Positions 18,868 to 29,156 of a DNA stretch of 64,000 nucleotides are shown here, one piece after another. The notes under the pieces were generated by a model. That model saw only the letters and a program-made list of their open reading frames with translations, had not been told where the DNA came from and did no database searches. This DNA comes from a virus, in IMG/VR virus record IMGVR_UViG_3300043409_001033, positions 10,193 to 74,192 of that record; one strand, 5' to 3'. Each line of letters starts with the position of its first letter. Positions within the stretch are counted from its first letter, which is position 1. The position numbers and the translations under genes are program-made.

Positions 18868-20088
18868 TTATTTTCTACCTTTCCAAAATATAGCACCAGC
18901 AATTTTCTTAGCAGTTTCTTCGGGATAACCACTTTTTTCAGCTTTAGATACTATCTTATCAAAACCTTTACCTTTTTTACCAAAATCGTAACCATGTTTA
19001 GCCTTTTTAACGATTTCAGATTTTTCCTCTTTACTTAAACCACTTGAAGGTTTACCAGTTTCGGCTAAATATTGTAAAGTAACTTCTTTTAATCTTTGTT
19101 TGAAATCTTCATCAATACCAGCTTGAGATAAATGTTTATAATACTCAGGGTCTTCACTTAAATGGTCTTTAGCAATTTCTTTAGCAGTCTCCTCGCTATT
19201 AGTATGCTCCATTTCATGTTTAGTTCCTTTTTCTAATTCATCTTTATCAAACTCTTTATCAGATGTTCCATCACCAAGACCTCCAATTAAATTTTCAATC
19301 TCATATAATTTTTTGATAATTTTCATTCCATTATCTTTATCAACTAATGTATCAGATGTTACTTTCTTTGCTAAATTGGAATCTTTTTGTTTATAATTAG
19401 CAATAAGATTTGTATAATAAGATGGGTCTTTCTCTAAATTAGCTAAAACTTTTTTACCAGCCTTTAAGGCATCTTTACATTTATCAAATTCAATTGAAAA
19501 CCCAACATTATAAGCATGAGAAGAAACTTGGTCATAAGTTAATTCTTCATTGATACTTATTGGTCGAGCTTTTACTACTTTAATTGCACAACCTTTTTGT
19601 TCATTCAAATCATCGACACTATAATCATTATCTACTTGTGGGTATTGGTCTAATTTATCTTGATTATGAATTAAAAAATCGGTTGCAACAGAAGTTTCAT
19701 CATTATCAACATTATCTAATTTATTATAAGTATTTTCCAAAAACTCATTAATATCATCCGCACCAATTTGTCTATGTTTATCATTATAGATATAATCAAT
19801 TGAATTAGGAATATCTACCGAAATAATATGAATTTCTTTTTCATCGGGTTGTGAAAAATTAATTTTATCTAAAGTTTGTGGTTTAGATTGTTGAATCATT
19901 CCATAGTCTTGCATTTCAAACATCACACCCTTTCTCCTTAGATTATTCAATAACATTTCATAAGTTAATCTTGGTGTAAAACAAGATTTATATTGGGGAT
20001 ATTTAGCAACTTCTAATATAAATTGATTTTTGGTCATTTGATTAGAAATAACCTTATTATACAATCTTTGAATAATATTTTTGGACAT
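18868..20088 (-). CDS. Putative internal head protein with DUF5661-like modules
   Basis: ELEKGTKHEMEHT....AKEIAKDHLSEDPEYY plus a degenerate copy (NLEKDPSYYT); basic C-terminal module AKKIAGAIFWK; many LxE sites. Confidence 0.55.
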   Translation of the reverse strand: MSKNIIQRLYNKVISNQMTKNQFILEVAKYPQYKSCFTPRLTYEMLLNNLRRKGVMFEMQDYGMIQQSKPQTLDKINFSQPDEKEIHIISVDIPNSIDYIYNDKHRQIGADDINEFLENTYNKLDNVDNDETSVATDFLIHNQDKLDQYPQVDNDYSVDDLNEQKGCAIKVVKARPISINEELTYDQVSSHAYNVGFSIEFDKCKDALKAGKKVLANLEKDPSYYTNLIANYKQKDSNLAKKVTSDTLVDKDNGMKIIKKLYEIENLIGGLGDGTSDKEFDKDELEKGTKHEMEHTNSEETAKEIAKDHLSEDPEYYKHLSQAGIDEDFKQRLKEVTLQYLAETGKPSSGLSKEEKSEIVKKAKHGYDFGKKGKGFDKIVSKAEKSGYPEETAKKIAGAIFWKGRK

Positions 20089-20091
20089 TTG

Positions 20092-20472
20092 TTATAATGT
20101 TTGTAATTTTGAGAATATATCTTTAATTTTTAATAAAATTTCATTCTTTACTTGAGGACTCATTGAAAAATCATCTTCTACATTTTCTTTTAATTTATTA
20201 ATATGAGAAAGAATGATTGAAACTTCTTTTAATTTTGATTTAAGAATGGAATAACCTTTTCTTTTTTGTTGTTTGGTAGAATTAGTTTTGATTTGTTTAT
20301 TAAAAGAAGAATACGAAATTTCATTGATAAATTTGTTTTTATTTAAAACTTGTTCAACTACTTTTTTTATCTTTTTCTTAGAAATTTTCTTACCTAAGTT
20401 TTGTTCACCGACTCCTCCTGTAAATGTTGAACCTCCAAGATTAGTAGCATTTGTTGTTAGTCCTCCATCCAT
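20092..20472 (-). CDS. Hypothetical head-associated protein
   Basis: 126 aa ORF in the head operon; FINE|ISY site. Confidence 0.55.
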   Translation of the reverse strand: MDGGLTTNATNLGGSTFTGGVGEQNLGKKISKKKIKKVVEQVLNKNKFINEISYSSFNKQIKTNSTKQQKRKGYSILKSKLKEVSIILSHINKLKENVEDDFSMSPQVKNEILLKIKDIFSKLQTL

Positions 20473-20476
20473 TTTA

Positions 20477-21307
20477 TTAAGCTAAATTAGTTTTTAGTTC
20501 TTCGTATAAATCATTATACATTAATACTTTGTTAATAGTATCTTCGGATAAGTTGATATTATTTTTAAAAGAATCTATATCGTTGATTACTTCTTGTAGT
20601 TTTTTTGAAGTAGTTTCATCTTTAACTAATTTTAACTTGGATTCACATAATTTGATAATGTTATCTAAGTTATTTTTAATTTTATCTGGTGTTAAAGATT
20701 CTGTGATATAATCTATCATAATTGATTTTTGATTTTCATTTAGGACAGATTTATATTTTTCATTGAATTTATCAATTGCTACTTTGTATGCGATTTTCTT
20801 TGTTAGTTTATCTAACTTGTTATATTCTTCTAAGAACTCATCTTTTTCATCTTTCTTGGTGAAATGTTCTAAAAGAGTTACTTTATTTTTAACTATTTCG
20901 GTAATATCATAACCTTTATCTTCGTTTTGAGATTCTAAAATATTATAGATACTTGCGTTTAATGAATAATTAGGAACTCTTTGTTTAAAAAAGTTTGGAT
21001 AATTATTATTAATATCTTTTACAAGATTGTATTTATCTTTGTTTATTTTAGATTTATCTAATTTGTTATAATAACTTATAGCTTCATTTAAAATAAGAGA
21101 TGCTTCGTTTTCAGATTTACCTGTTGTTTCACTAAGAGTTTTATATAGTTTATACTCTTTGGCTAACTCGGTATTATGAAAGTGTTTCTTGATAAGGTTT
21201 AAAGATTTAGGAACTTCATTAGAAATTACTTCGGATGTCATTTGTTGAATTAACATCTCATACAATAAACCAGTATTTTTTATTTTTTTATGTTTACTAT
21301 TCATCAT
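20477..21307 (-). CDS. Conserved head-morphogenesis protein downstream of the portal
   Basis: KHKKIKNTGLLYEML N-terminus; helical; has its own late promoter. Confidence 0.6.
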   Translation of the reverse strand: MMNSKHKKIKNTGLLYEMLIQQMTSEVISNEVPKSLNLIKKHFHNTELAKEYKLYKTLSETTGKSENEASLILNEAISYYNKLDKSKINKDKYNLVKDINNNYPNFFKQRVPNYSLNASIYNILESQNEDKGYDITEIVKNKVTLLEHFTKKDEKDEFLEEYNKLDKLTKKIAYKVAIDKFNEKYKSVLNENQKSIMIDYITESLTPDKIKNNLDNIIKLCESKLKLVKDETTSKKLQEVINDIDSFKNNINLSEDTINKVLMYNDLYEELKTNLA

Positions 21308-21331
21308 TTAGCGATTATATCACTTATTTAT

Positions 21332-21340
21332 TATAAATAT
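21332..21340 (-). promoter_or_regulatory. Putative late promoter ATATTTATA
   Basis: Recurrent motif. Confidence 0.6.
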
Positions 21341-21349
21341 ATAAATTAG

Positions 21350-23161
21350 TTAGAAATGTAATTTATGAAGTTTAAATGTCTCTTCAACTGTTTTTCCTAA
21401 ATAAATATTAACCTTATTTTTTCTTTTTGGTTGAACATTTTCATAGATATTAGTCATTGAGATTGGATTAGCATTTGATTGAGACTTAACATTTGTTCCT
21501 CTATTAATGCCTAATCTATCTCTGCCTAAAGTACTATCATCAGTATTCATATTCGATGCTCTTGCAATAGGTCTTCCTAATACTTGTTTATCAAAGTTAT
21601 TTGCTCCGTCCATCGGGTCGGGTTTAACTATATCAGTTTTATCGTTATATAGATTAGCTAAATCATGTGGAGTTCCATAAGATTCACCTGATTCTAATGG
21701 GTCATTCCCTTCGTTTTCAATTTGAGATATTCTAAATAATCGTTTTTTATCTTCTAAGATTTCATCTCGCATATTATCAAATTCATCTTCGCTTAGGTGT
21801 AAGATATTTTTATAAAGATAATCGGAAGAAGCAATGTTGTTGTCCATCATTGTAATCATCAAGTCAACCTTCTCTTTTAATAAAGCAATTTTTTCTTGTT
21901 CATAGATAATAGAAGGAGAAGTAAGTTCTAATTCAAAATTCATTAAGTTATTACTTCTAAACCCTCTTGAATATAAATGAATCAACGCAATCTTATATAA
22001 TTCAGAAATAACCGAATTTTGGATTCTTTCTACAATCGGAACAAAATTTATAGTTTGATTTGCTAAAGTAGATGTACCATTCAAATCTCCAATTTCAGTA
22101 TATTCAGATTTTGGAATTTTAAGAGCCATGAATAGTTTATCTTTGTGATAATTAACGTCTTCCATTCCAGCAAACGTTAAACCACTAATATTTTCTATTC
22201 TTGTTGCATCTCTATCACCTCTTTTTGGAATATAATAATCTTCAAGTAAATTCATCATATTATACTTTAGATTATAATCTCCCGTAGAATAATCCATAAA
22301 TGGAGTCTTTTTGGAAGAGTTCATTATCTTCTCCATATAAGCATCAACTTCATTAGCAGGTAATGCACCAACGTCAATAGAGTAAATTCTTTTATCAGCA
22401 GAACGCATTAAACGATGAAGCAATGAAGCATCTTCCATTAGTGTCAACATTTTCCATGTTTTTCTTGCGTTCTCTATATAAGATTTACCATAAGGATAAT
22501 AAGAAGTATCCGAATTTAATCTAAAGTGAGCAACTTCAAAATTTTGATACTTTATTGAATTAGAACTTGTGTAACCAGTTTCATCATAAATAAAATTTGT
22601 TTCGCCTGTTTTTGGGTCTTCTATTCTTGATGTAAGGTAAGTTGACATTGGAAATGTACCTACTACACCATAGTCTTCCATAAGTTTGATGTATAAAAAG
22701 CTATCTCCATACATTAACATTGTGCGAACCCAACCGTATAAATTTTCATCTATTGATAAAACATCATAAAATAAATTAGTCAATACTTGTTTTATCTCTT
22801 CATCAGAAGTCTTTATTTTTAAAATATCTCCTTCAAGATTTTTTGTAGTAACTTTAGATGCTAAAATATCAAGAGCAGAAGAAATGATAGCATCTAAGTT
22901 CATCATTTCATATTCTGAATATAATTGACTTCTTAAAATACCTTGTTGAAATCCTACAACCGAACTCCCAAAAGCACCTACTATATTGTTATTTCCTTGA
23001 TAAAGCCTTGTAAATCTATCAGTAAAGTAATTAGTTTGTAAACCACCAGACTGTTGATATTTATTCATATCAAGAACCTTAATTTGGTTATTACTGATAT
23101 GGGTAACTATCGTCTGTTGAGAAAACATCCGTTTTAATCTGCCCAAAAAGGATTTGTCCAT
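21350..23161 (-). CDS. gp20: Portal protein (T4 gp20-like)
   Basis: YE.M..D..ISSALDI, PYGKSYIE.ARK.WK.L.LMEDA.L.HR..R...KRIY.IDVG, EDYYIP.RG, KLF.ALKIP motifs. Confidence 0.95.
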   Translation of the reverse strand: MDKSFLGRLKRMFSQQTIVTHISNNQIKVLDMNKYQQSGGLQTNYFTDRFTRLYQGNNNIVGAFGSSVVGFQQGILRSQLYSEYEMMNLDAIISSALDILASKVTTKNLEGDILKIKTSDEEIKQVLTNLFYDVLSIDENLYGWVRTMLMYGDSFLYIKLMEDYGVVGTFPMSTYLTSRIEDPKTGETNFIYDETGYTSSNSIKYQNFEVAHFRLNSDTSYYPYGKSYIENARKTWKMLTLMEDASLLHRLMRSADKRIYSIDVGALPANEVDAYMEKIMNSSKKTPFMDYSTGDYNLKYNMMNLLEDYYIPKRGDRDATRIENISGLTFAGMEDVNYHKDKLFMALKIPKSEYTEIGDLNGTSTLANQTINFVPIVERIQNSVISELYKIALIHLYSRGFRSNNLMNFELELTSPSIIYEQEKIALLKEKVDLMITMMDNNIASSDYLYKNILHLSEDEFDNMRDEILEDKKRLFRISQIENEGNDPLESGESYGTPHDLANLYNDKTDIVKPDPMDGANNFDKQVLGRPIARASNMNTDDSTLGRDRLGINRGTNVKSQSNANPISMTNIYENVQPKRKNKVNIYLGKTVEETFKLHKLHF

Positions 23162-23173
23162 TTGTCTTTTATT

Positions 23174-23182
23174 TATAAATAT
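23174..23182 (-). promoter_or_regulatory. Putative late promoter ATATTTATA
   Basis: Recurrent motif, about 13 nt upstream of the portal ATG. Confidence 0.65.
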
Positions 23183-23215
23183 ATTATTTGTTCTTCTTTC
23201 TTAAATTTGGTAATA

Positions 23216-24805
23216 TTAAAATAATTTTGATGGGTCAAACCCCATATCTTTTAATATTTTATCTTGTTGATATAAAGCATAATTATTGTTCATCATTGAA
23301 TTTAATTCGGGATGTTTATATACTTTAATTCCATCTAAGGCACTTCTTCTTAAATCATTAGCTTTATTGGTATGTACTAAAATATTGTCTCTTAAATGAG
23401 AATAAATGGAAAGTGGCATAATTAAGTCATCGGTACAACCTCTTGTTGCTTGAGCCTTTCCGTTGAAATAAATAAATGTACATAATTCATTATATGTTCT
23501 TCTTGACCTAATTATCAATGATTTATGTCTTAACATATATTCCAATTTAGAAATACAAATTGGTCTAACGTTCCAAGACATATTAAAACCAGTTGATAGT
23601 GAAGATGGGTCAACATAAGAGTTTACATATAAACTATAATCGTTATCAGACGAACCTTTTTTTACACGATATAAATTTGCATATCCAATACTTTCCAACT
23701 CTTGAACAGTAGCATAACCAATACCAGTATTTTCAACAATTAATAAAGCGTCTCCATAGGCAGTGGCAATTTCCTTTGCTTTTCTTGCTAATTCGATTGG
23801 AGGAATTTGACCATCTAACTCAGCTACTTGTTCGTTATCTTCTATGTCTATTACTTGAATTGTTGAATCATCCCCACCGTCTCCTTTTGCAGTATCTACA
23901 ATAACAGCATATCTTCTACCATATTGATAATATTTCCAAACCCAATATTCTTCACTTTCACCTATTTTTATGATTGGTTCTTGTAAAGTATTTTTGTCAA
24001 TATAATCTAAAATATCAGCATCAATAACAGTATTACCACTACCCATAAACTCGCAATCATACTCTTGAGCAAATGCTTGTTTACCTAATGCAGATATTTG
24101 AGTTTGTTTCCATTTTTCATCTCTTTCGGGGTGTAAATTCCACTTTAATTTAATTGGTAAATAACCATTCTTACCAGATTCGGCTTCCGTCCACATTTTG
24201 TGAAAATGGTCTCCTGTTCCGTTTGGTGTAGATAGGATAATAATTTTACCACCACCAGTTGCAATCAATGGTTCAACAGATTTGATAACAGATTCAAATT
24301 TAGGGATGAACGCAGATTCATCCATAATTACTAAGTTTGCAGATGTTGAACGAGCGGCATCGGAAGCAGATGAATAAGCTTTTACAGATGAACCATTTGA
24401 TAATCTTAACTCCTTAGTATTTGAAATTGTAATTGTAGTTCCAAGCAATAACCATTCGGGAATTGTTGAAAACATTAATTTTACCTTTTTCAAAACTTCT
24501 TCGGAAGTAGATTGACGGTTAGATATAATTGAAACTAACGAAGCATCTTCAAAAATCATCATGTGAATAGCAACTAATGCTAATAGGGTAGAAATACCCA
24601 TTTGACGAGCTTTTAATATGATACTTCTATCACTTTTTGATAATGCAGTTAAAGTCTTGGCTTGAAAATCGTAAAGATGAAATGGTTGATGTCTTTCTAC
24701 GTTTGAACGGATTGTACAATAACTTGCCATTTTGGTAATGTCAGTTGCACATTCTATATATTTTTTTTGTAGTAATTCTTTATGTTCTTTTGTAAATGTA
24801 GCCAT
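23216..24805 (-). CDS. terL: Terminase large subunit (T4 gp17-like)
   Basis: LYDFQ, KARQMGIST Walker A, VIMDESAF Walker B, STPNG, QEYDCEF, nuclease VDTAKG...DDLIM. Confidence 0.95.
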   Translation of the reverse strand: MATFTKEHKELLQKKYIECATDITKMASYCTIRSNVERHQPFHLYDFQAKTLTALSKSDRSIILKARQMGISTLLALVAIHMMIFEDASLVSIISNRQSTSEEVLKKVKLMFSTIPEWLLLGTTITISNTKELRLSNGSSVKAYSSASDAARSTSANLVIMDESAFIPKFESVIKSVEPLIATGGGKIIILSTPNGTGDHFHKMWTEAESGKNGYLPIKLKWNLHPERDEKWKQTQISALGKQAFAQEYDCEFMGSGNTVIDADILDYIDKNTLQEPIIKIGESEEYWVWKYYQYGRRYAVIVDTAKGDGGDDSTIQVIDIEDNEQVAELDGQIPPIELARKAKEIATAYGDALLIVENTGIGYATVQELESIGYANLYRVKKGSSDNDYSLYVNSYVDPSSLSTGFNMSWNVRPICISKLEYMLRHKSLIIRSRRTYNELCTFIYFNGKAQATRGCTDDLIMPLSIYSHLRDNILVHTNKANDLRRSALDGIKVYKHPELNSMMNNNYALYQQDKILKDMGFDPSKLF

Positions 24806-24808
24806 CTT

Positions 24809-24979
24809 CTATCGAATAGAATTTAATTCATTTTGGGTGTCAATCTGTCTTTGTTTTAAATCTTTTAAAATAGCTTGTAGGGCTTGTTTACGAGTCATCT
24901 TTTCTTGATTAGACATTATTCCATCAAGTTCTTTAATTAACCCTTGTTTTATAGTTTCTTTTAATTGATATTTATTCAT
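24809..24979 (-). CDS. Small hypothetical head protein (start revised to ATG 24979, MNKYQLKE)
   Basis: Late promoter at 24988-24996 directly upstream; the longer track start crosses a terminator. Confidence 0.55.
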   Translation of the reverse strand: MNKYQLKETIKQGLIKELDGIMSNQEKMTRKQALQAILKDLKQRQIDTQNELNSIR

Positions 24980-24987
24980 CTTTTGTT

Positions 24988-24996
24988 TATAAATAT
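24988..24996 (-). promoter_or_regulatory. Putative late promoter ATATTTATA
   Basis: Context ATATTTATAAACAAAAGATG, identical to the one at 32960-32979. Confidence 0.65.
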
Positions 24997-24999
24997 CAC

Positions 25000-25032
25000 A
25001 AAAAACAAAAACCACCCTATTGAGTGGTCTTT
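25000..25032 (-). terminator. Rho-independent terminator
   Basis: AGACCACTC-AATA-GGGTGGTTT followed by TTGTTTTTT. Confidence 0.75.
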
Positions 25033-25051
25033 GAAAAATAAACAACTAAAA

Positions 25052-27370
25052 CTAAGAAATTGAGAAATTAAACATTTTGCAATAATAGTCTTTATTGGCA
25101 GTTGGAATATTTGGTAAAATTGTATTTCTATAAGCATAAGATGTAGTTTCCCAATCATCTGCCGTTACATGAAAATATCTCATAATACCATCAATAGAAC
25201 ATCTTGCAATAAAATCTGTTGGTTCTACACCTTCTGGTCTAAATGCGGTTAATAAAACTTTATTTGATGACTTAGAAATTCTTACAGGTAATACATCTGT
25301 CATACTTGTATCCCAATTTATCGCATAAGTTTTTAACCAAGTAGTACCTCCGTCTAAAGAGTATTCTGTATTCCAGAATTGTGGAACCAGTTCTCTATAA
25401 GCAGAAATTGCTCCGATTGAATCAAGCATTTGAATTGCACCCAACACGCCAGAGTAGGTGTCAATCCCACCTGCATTACTTGTTACTGCTCTGTCCCATA
25501 GTTCTAAATCTACTCCGTTGATAAACCCAAGTAAAGTAAAAATAAAAGCGTATTTTCGCCCTATATTTTGATTGGAATGTTCAGTCAAAGAATCCGTAAC
25601 CAACAACCCGTTGTAGTTTTTGGAAAATTCATTCCTACCTAATAAACTTCCTTTATCAGCTAATAGTTTAGGCATGAACAGGTTTCTTCTATTGTTCAAT
25701 TTATATCTACAATACCAAGCTTGCCATTCCATATTGGTTCCACATAAAGCAGTTGGATTTAATACTGTCCTTTCGGAGTATGTTCCAAATTTATTTACGT
25801 CTATGTAATTACCAGAGTTATCTAAAGGGTAATGACTTCCTTGTGGGGCAAGCATTTCAAAATAAAAACTCTGTTCGGTTGAAGGCATTAAGTTATCATA
25901 ATCTAATAAACTTTCGTTATTAATAGATTTACTTAATAATGTTGTTCTGGTTTCTACCTTCCAGTCTGTATTTAGTTTACTGAGTGCTGTTGAATTATAA
26001 TTACCGTCATTATCTGGGTAATTGTATGTTTTTTTGGCTCCTGTTGCTAAGTCTTCTGTATATCCGAACTCTTGGAATGGTGCCGAATATAGCGATACAA
26101 AATAACCTCTTGTTTTTCTTGCACCAGCAATTAAAAATACTCTATGTTTTTCTGAACCGTTTTCGTACCCTGTTTCTATGTCAGACATGACTATACATCT
26201 CTGAGATTTGTTGTTTATATTATCTTGACCTCCTAATAAGTTAGACTGTCCTATCTCGGTTCCAGTGTCATATAATTGTTCAAGTGTTTTAGGTGTCCAC
26301 GGGTCAGTTGAGTCTGTTGCGTTGTATTGATTGTGACATCTATTGAAATACGGTATTGCGGATGTGAAGGTAAAGTAACCGTCATCTTTGTAATCTATAC
26401 CATTTCTAAGTGGGTCAGGGTTTACTTGTCCACCATATACCAATCCAGCCAATCCAAGTTCCCATGCTTTTCTATTATAGGTTGTGAAAGAATTATGAGG
26501 AACATCCCAGTATACAGCCCAAATAGGTCGAGTATAACCAGTTGAATCTACATAAGTTCTAAGAGGAGTAGTTCCGAAATGTGTGAGATTTAATAAACTT
26601 CCAGTAGTTTGTGCTAAAGTTTTTGTAATGTTTGTAGCACTTGAAGCGTAGAAGTTTGTAGATGAATTAATGGTAGTTGTACTTGTTGTAGTACTTCCAT
26701 TAATAGTTGTACTTGTTGTTGGATAAGCAACACACAATACATCTAACATAATCCAATCTAACGATGGGGGACAAACAGCAATAGAAGTTCCCGTTGGTAA
26801 AGAATTTAAAATCTTAGATGGGTCTAAATTATTTTGAAATTCTAATAAACAAACATCATCAGTAACATTATTAGATGAACATTTGAAATAATAAGTATTA
26901 CCAACTAAATAACCACCAGCATTTGATGTAGGTTGAATGTGAATATATTTTTCAAGTAACCCATTTGTATTGATGGTTGTACTACTTGTGGTTGAAGTAG
27001 TAGATGTCGTGGTAGTAGGTGTAGAATAATCTAAAACAGTATATGTTGTCGTAAACTCACAAGTAGTACCATTTGAATAAATTTTTATAGAAATATCATC
27101 TCCAATATTAGGAATAGAAGCAAATGGTATGATTGCATAAATATATGAACCAACTCCAGATTGAGCTTGTGGAGAAGGACTTTCATAAAGAATCTCATTA
27201 GATTCATTCTTGATAGTAATCGTATATGGACTAAGACCACTAACCGTACTTTCGGGGATAATCCCAATTTGTAAACCAGTACTTACAATAATTTGAGTTA
27301 TTGTATTTGGACTAAGAGTAGGGTCAGTTGCTTGTGTCCGTATATGTAAATTACCGCAATTTAAAGGCAT
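25052..27370 (-). CDS. Virion appendage protein: Ig-like N-terminus, two Thr/Ser-rich linkers, large C-terminal putative carbohydrate-active domain
   Basis: PTTTTSTTSTTSSTT and PTTSTTINGSTTTSTTT tracts; late-promoter variant ATACTTATA at 27379-27387. Enzymatic identity not established. Confidence 0.55.
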   Translation of the reverse strand: MPLNCGNLHIRTQATDPTLSPNTITQIIVSTGLQIGIIPESTVSGLSPYTITIKNESNEILYESPSPQAQSGVGSYIYAIIPFASIPNIGDDISIKIYSNGTTCEFTTTYTVLDYSTPTTTTSTTSTTSSTTINTNGLLEKYIHIQPTSNAGGYLVGNTYYFKCSSNNVTDDVCLLEFQNNLDPSKILNSLPTGTSIAVCPPSLDWIMLDVLCVAYPTTSTTINGSTTTSTTTINSSTNFYASSATNITKTLAQTTGSLLNLTHFGTTPLRTYVDSTGYTRPIWAVYWDVPHNSFTTYNRKAWELGLAGLVYGGQVNPDPLRNGIDYKDDGYFTFTSAIPYFNRCHNQYNATDSTDPWTPKTLEQLYDTGTEIGQSNLLGGQDNINNKSQRCIVMSDIETGYENGSEKHRVFLIAGARKTRGYFVSLYSAPFQEFGYTEDLATGAKKTYNYPDNDGNYNSTALSKLNTDWKVETRTTLLSKSINNESLLDYDNLMPSTEQSFYFEMLAPQGSHYPLDNSGNYIDVNKFGTYSERTVLNPTALCGTNMEWQAWYCRYKLNNRRNLFMPKLLADKGSLLGRNEFSKNYNGLLVTDSLTEHSNQNIGRKYAFIFTLLGFINGVDLELWDRAVTSNAGGIDTYSGVLGAIQMLDSIGAISAYRELVPQFWNTEYSLDGGTTWLKTYAINWDTSMTDVLPVRISKSSNKVLLTAFRPEGVEPTDFIARCSIDGIMRYFHVTADDWETTSYAYRNTILPNIPTANKDYYCKMFNFSIS

Positions 27371-27398
27371 CTTTTATTTATAAGTATAATAAAATAAT

Positions 27399-28649
27399 TT
27401 AAAAATTTCTTCTAAAGAATATTCGGTCTTCGATAACAGAACCATTATGACCAATAATATCAATATCTACTCCAGCGTAGAAACTTCCAAAATTGGTAAT
27501 TGACCAACCACTTCCTCCCATCATACTCATGCAATTTTTATATCTAAATCTTTTTCCAAATTGAGTAGCAGATTGATGTAAATCTCCTTTAACTAAATGA
27601 ATATTTGGAGTTCTAATATCATGTTGATAAATATAATCATTAATAAAATTCTCGGTTTTATCATTTAGGTTAAAAGGTAAACCGTGTTTCATATTAATTT
27701 TATCTTTACCATGAGTAATAATAAATGTATGGTCGTTATAAACATAATGTCCAATAAACTTATTAAATACTTGAGTTGTAATATTTTTATAAGTTGAGTT
27801 TAGATAAATTTCTAAAGTTCTATTGACAATATATTGTAAATCTCCATCATGGTTTGAATCTCCTACCGAATAAAAATTAATATTTTTTGTAATATCTAAC
27901 TCAATTAAATTATCAAAGAAATTTCGCATGATACTAAAATAAGTTTCAAACTGTTCTTTGTTGTTTAGATTTTGTGGTAGATAATGTCCACCTCTTGTTG
28001 TTTGATGGTTGAATCCATCTAAAGTATCTCCTAAATTAATTATAAAAATATCTTGGAATTTTCCATATAAATTTTTATAATCTAATAATCTTTCTAAAAT
28101 ATAATTGATTCTATTTTTTAATACATCTTTATCATATTTATTTTCGTATAGAGAATCCGATTCTATCATTGCTCCTACGTGTAAATCTGACAAATATACA
28201 TTTATTGCGGTATTTTTATTATAATTTGTACTTAATTGTAACTTAGGCGTTACGGGATTTTCAATAAAATAATTTTTTAATGAATCTAATAAAGAAACTT
28301 CATTTTCAATTAGAGAATCATCTTTTGGTTTAACTTTTACCGAGAATCTTGTTTTTTCTCCTTGTTGCCAAACAGAATATTGCGTAACAACAGATTTAGA
28401 TAAATCTACTTGCTCTTCGATAAATTCTTTTATTGGTTTAGAAATATCACAAAGATTGGATGGTAAAAAATCATCATCGCTTTTTGTAATTTTTCTTCTG
28501 CCTTCGGCTGTTCTAATAATACCTTTTACAACATCTTTGTTTACTCCAAATTTTTCACAAACTTCTTTATAAGCATTATAAGAACCTTTTTGAATTGGAT
28601 GTTGAATTAAATACTCTCTAATTTTTTGGTTTCTTTCTTTTATATTCAT
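27399..28649 (-). CDS. Calcineurin-like metallophosphoesterase with an N-terminal HTH-like region
   Basis: SDLHVG, NLGDTLDG, SNHD, THG, GDLH metal-binding motifs. Confidence 0.8.
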   Translation of the reverse strand: MNIKERNQKIREYLIQHPIQKGSYNAYKEVCEKFGVNKDVVKGIIRTAEGRRKITKSDDDFLPSNLCDISKPIKEFIEEQVDLSKSVVTQYSVWQQGEKTRFSVKVKPKDDSLIENEVSLLDSLKNYFIENPVTPKLQLSTNYNKNTAINVYLSDLHVGAMIESDSLYENKYDKDVLKNRINYILERLLDYKNLYGKFQDIFIINLGDTLDGFNHQTTRGGHYLPQNLNNKEQFETYFSIMRNFFDNLIELDITKNINFYSVGDSNHDGDLQYIVNRTLEIYLNSTYKNITTQVFNKFIGHYVYNDHTFIITHGKDKINMKHGLPFNLNDKTENFINDYIYQHDIRTPNIHLVKGDLHQSATQFGKRFRYKNCMSMMGGSGWSITNFGSFYAGVDIDIIGHNGSVIEDRIFFRRNF

Positions 28650-28658
28650 AAAATTATT

Positions 28659-29156
28659 TTATTGATTTTCTTCTTGTTCAGCTTCTTCGGGAGCAAGTGG
28701 ATTAAATACACTATTGGTAGGTTCACTCGTTGGAGGTGTAAAATCAGGTTGTCCACCACCTTCTACTCCTTCTGTTCCTGTTGGTTCTTGCATTGGTGCT
28801 TCAATAGCACTTAATGGTTTTTTAAGAACTAATAAATCAGTAATAGCCTTTGAAGCTCTATCAATTTCACCAGCAACCGTTAGATTGTATTGCTTACCAC
28901 TGATTTTTGCTTGAAAGGCATTTTTTCCAATATAAGTTAATAAAAATGTAAAGTCATTTGCTAAAACTACTTGAAATGTCGTTGGTTTAGGAGCCTTTAA
29001 TTGAATATCATTGATAAAATGAATATATTTTGGACTAAGTAAACTAACTAAAATTTGTTTTAGTTGAGGACTTTTATGAGTAAAAGTTATAATTCTATCA
29101 AGATTCTTCATCTCTTCGAGAATTAACTTTAAAACTTTTTTATTTTGATTTTGCAT
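28659..29156 (-). CDS. Hypothetical head-associated protein (start revised to ATG 29156, MQNQNK)
   Basis: APKPTTF.V.L.N motif; acidic C-terminal tail; start context identical to the prohead protease. Confidence 0.6.
   Translation of the reverse strand: MQNQNKKVLKLILEEMKNLDRIITFTHKSPQLKQILVSLLSPKYIHFINDIQLKAPKPTTFQVVLANDFTFLLTYIGKNAFQAKISGKQYNLTVAGEIDRASKAITDLLVLKKPLSAIEAPMQEPTGTEGVEGGGQPDFTPPTSEPTNSVFNPLAPEEAEQEENQ

Noticed and set aside
14029-24805. Introns or inteins in MCP, portal or terminase
   Set aside because: All three are uninterrupted and of normal length, with no intein motifs.
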